Assembly (NCBI GenBank): GCA_013265495.1
Contig: MU057947.1
Coordinates: 1,126,048 to 1,190,047 of the forward strand
Length of the DNA stretch: 64,000 bases
Source: Vicugna vicugna
Taxonomy: Eukaryota
Reading direction: 5' to 3'
The notes under the pieces are model-generated. The model saw nothing but the letters and a program-made list of their open reading frames with translations. It had not been told where the DNA came from and ran no database searches. Position numbers and translations under genes: made by a program. This document shows positions 62,200 through 64,000 of this stretch, in pieces; position 1 is the first letter of the stretch, and each line of letters starts with the position of its first letter.

Positions 62200-63365
62200 T
62201 GTGGTAGACGGAATAAAGACTCCCCAGACATTTCCACGCCCGTATCCTGGAACCTGTGAACACCTCACCTTACCTGGTGAAAGTGAAAAGGAGCAGGACC
62301 CTGTGGGACCTTCCCAGGACAGGACCCCCCACCCCAATCATGTTCTCCTGCCTCTTGTCTGTAATAAAACTTAAGCCAGAGAATAAATTTAGTCAGAGAA
62401 ATGAGGAAAATGCAGAAACAAAGGAACACAGTCAAACAAGACAAAATAAGAGTAGTTTAGTCATTAGACAAAGTCAAGGATCTTCAGGTTCTCCTCAAGG
62501 ACTGTAGATAATATTCTGAGCCGTGTCCTTTGAGAGGTTTTGTAGGTACTGAGACCCCCGGGAGGTGGAAAAGTTAACTAGGTGATGACCAGACCGGAGC
62601 CAGGACGGAAGAGGTGGCAATCCCAAGAACTGGCCTTAAGGAAACAGGAACAGACTGACCCTGGAACTGAAGGTTAACTGTGCTTGAAACAATCAAGATG
62701 ACACTGATCAGACACCACATGACAAATTTCAAGATGACTGTGAGAGCTGACTGTGCGGATCTGCGCATAACCCCCCACCCCCGTGCCTGGGCATCCCTGA
62801 AATTTCCCTTTAAAAGCTCTTGCCCCCTGATCGGCCGTGGGCAGTGTTCTTTGGGACGTGAGTCCACCGTTTCACCAGGATAGCTGGCTTCCTCAATAAA
62901 GCTCTCTTTCCTTTTACCCAACACTGATCTCTCAGTACTGGATTCTTGAGTGACAAGCAGCTGAACCGGAGTGTGGTGACAAAAGGGACTTTTCAGATGG
63001 GATTAAATTAAATACCTTGAAATGGGGAGATTATTCTGGATTATTTGGGCTGGTCTGATGAGATCACAGGGGTCCTTTAAGAGGGAGGCCGGAAGGAAGG
63101 AGGCAGGAAGAGGAGATGTGCTGACCAGACCAAAGCTGCTTCCGGCCGGAGCGGTGCCCTGGGAGTGGAGGAAGGGGCTGTGGGCCGAGGGACGCAGGCA
63201 CCTCTAGAAGCTGGAAGAGGCAAGGAAACAGATTCTCCCCTGGAGCCTCCAGGAGGACCGTGGCCCGACTGACACCTGGACTTTAGAGTTCCGACCCCCA
63301 GAACTGGAAGAGACAAATTTGTGTGTGTTTTTAAGCCCCGGAGTTTGTAGCCATTTGTTACAGGT
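62200..63365 (+). mobile_element. MLT1D-like LTR split by an ERV1 solo LTR
   Basis: 'tgtggtagacggaataa...cctggaacctgtgaa...ccttacctggtgaaag' resumes as 'ggacttttcagatgggattaaatt...atggggagattattctggatt'. Confidence 0.88.
62284..62981 (+). mobile_element. ERV1-type solo LTR (698 bp) with perfect 4-bp TSD AAAG
   Basis: TG at 62284, CA at 62980-62981, AAAG at 62280-62283 and 62982-62985, TATA-like tttaaaa at ~62809, AATAAA at ~62895. Confidence 0.92.
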
Positions 63366-64000
63366 GCCAAGTGTTTGCTGGAGAAGCCAGGCCCCAGCGG
63401 TGCGGCGTTTGTGGATAAGTGCTTATAGGCTCCCCTCACTGCCCTCTACCTCTGCTGAGATGAGGACTGTGCAGGGCCTTTTGCTTCGTGGGGCCGAGTG
63501 CTCACGTGCGTGGAGCAGTTTTGGTTGAGAGTGGCCGTCAGCCAGCAGCCTCCACGCATGGGAAACACTGTGAAACAGACACGTCACGGCTTCCATTACC
63601 TTCCTTTCGAGAAGTTTTCATGATGTGTTTAAAGTAAAAATTGTGAGTATGTTACCCTATCATCTTTCTTCAAAGATGCAGGAAAAAGGTAAGAAAAAAG
63701 GGAATCAAAGCAGCATTTTGAACTTTCGAGGACAGCGCTTTTCAGAGCCTCCCAGTTCCCGGTGGAGGACGTAACAGATACCATTGGCTTAAAAGGACAC
63801 TTTGTAGTTTTGTGTTTCTTTTGTCCTCTTTATTTTGTATCTCAGCATGTCTCTTATTTGTAGCCAGAAGGTTGCCTTCATTTCAATTAACGAGATGTGG
63901 ACCGTATCCTCAGGAAGGTTTCCGAGAAGGAGTGGGGTGAGGCTGAGTGGGGGTCCCCGCCTGGCCACTGAGCGGCCGGTGACCTGGTCCATCTTGTCCC

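Noticed and set aside
63676..63688. Microexon AG|ATGCAGGAAAAAG|GTAAGA
   Set aside because: Strong donor, but 13 nt (or 7 nt from the inner AG) is not frame-preserving and nothing else supports it.
1..64000. Naming a host gene or its strand
   Set aside because: No recognisable exon is present, and the indirect cues (plus-strand splice-like sites versus mostly plus-oriented LTRs) conflict.

Overview
Mammalian, GC- and CpG-rich non-coding DNA (large intron or gene desert). It is most likely camelid, because the only young SINE (34406-34553) has the tRNA head and tail of the camelid vic-1 family. I found no host protein-coding exon I can support; the ORF track is GC-rich noise except for LINE-1 remnants. 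The window is a mosaic of many MaLR (MLT1) and ERVL (MLT2) LTRs, ERV1-type solo LTRs (several with readable target-site duplications, TSDs), a MER21-like LTR, MER5A, old L2/MIR pieces and five to six L1 copies. Between the repeats are AT-rich, repeat-free islands dense in homeodomain, POU, GATA and TCF motifs that look like developmental enhancers. The most unusual object is a 3.04-kb TSD-flanked L1 (7957-10996, minus strand) with a complete 5' end, a 169-bp tandem duplication in the 5'UTR and a near-intact ORF1. Its ORF2 is missing except the last 122 codons, and the join falls exactly at a TGCAG|CC acceptor-like site, so it is a candidate spliced or 'half-L1' non-autonomous element. Repeat subfamily names come from recalled consensus features, not a search, and boundaries of old repeats are approximate.
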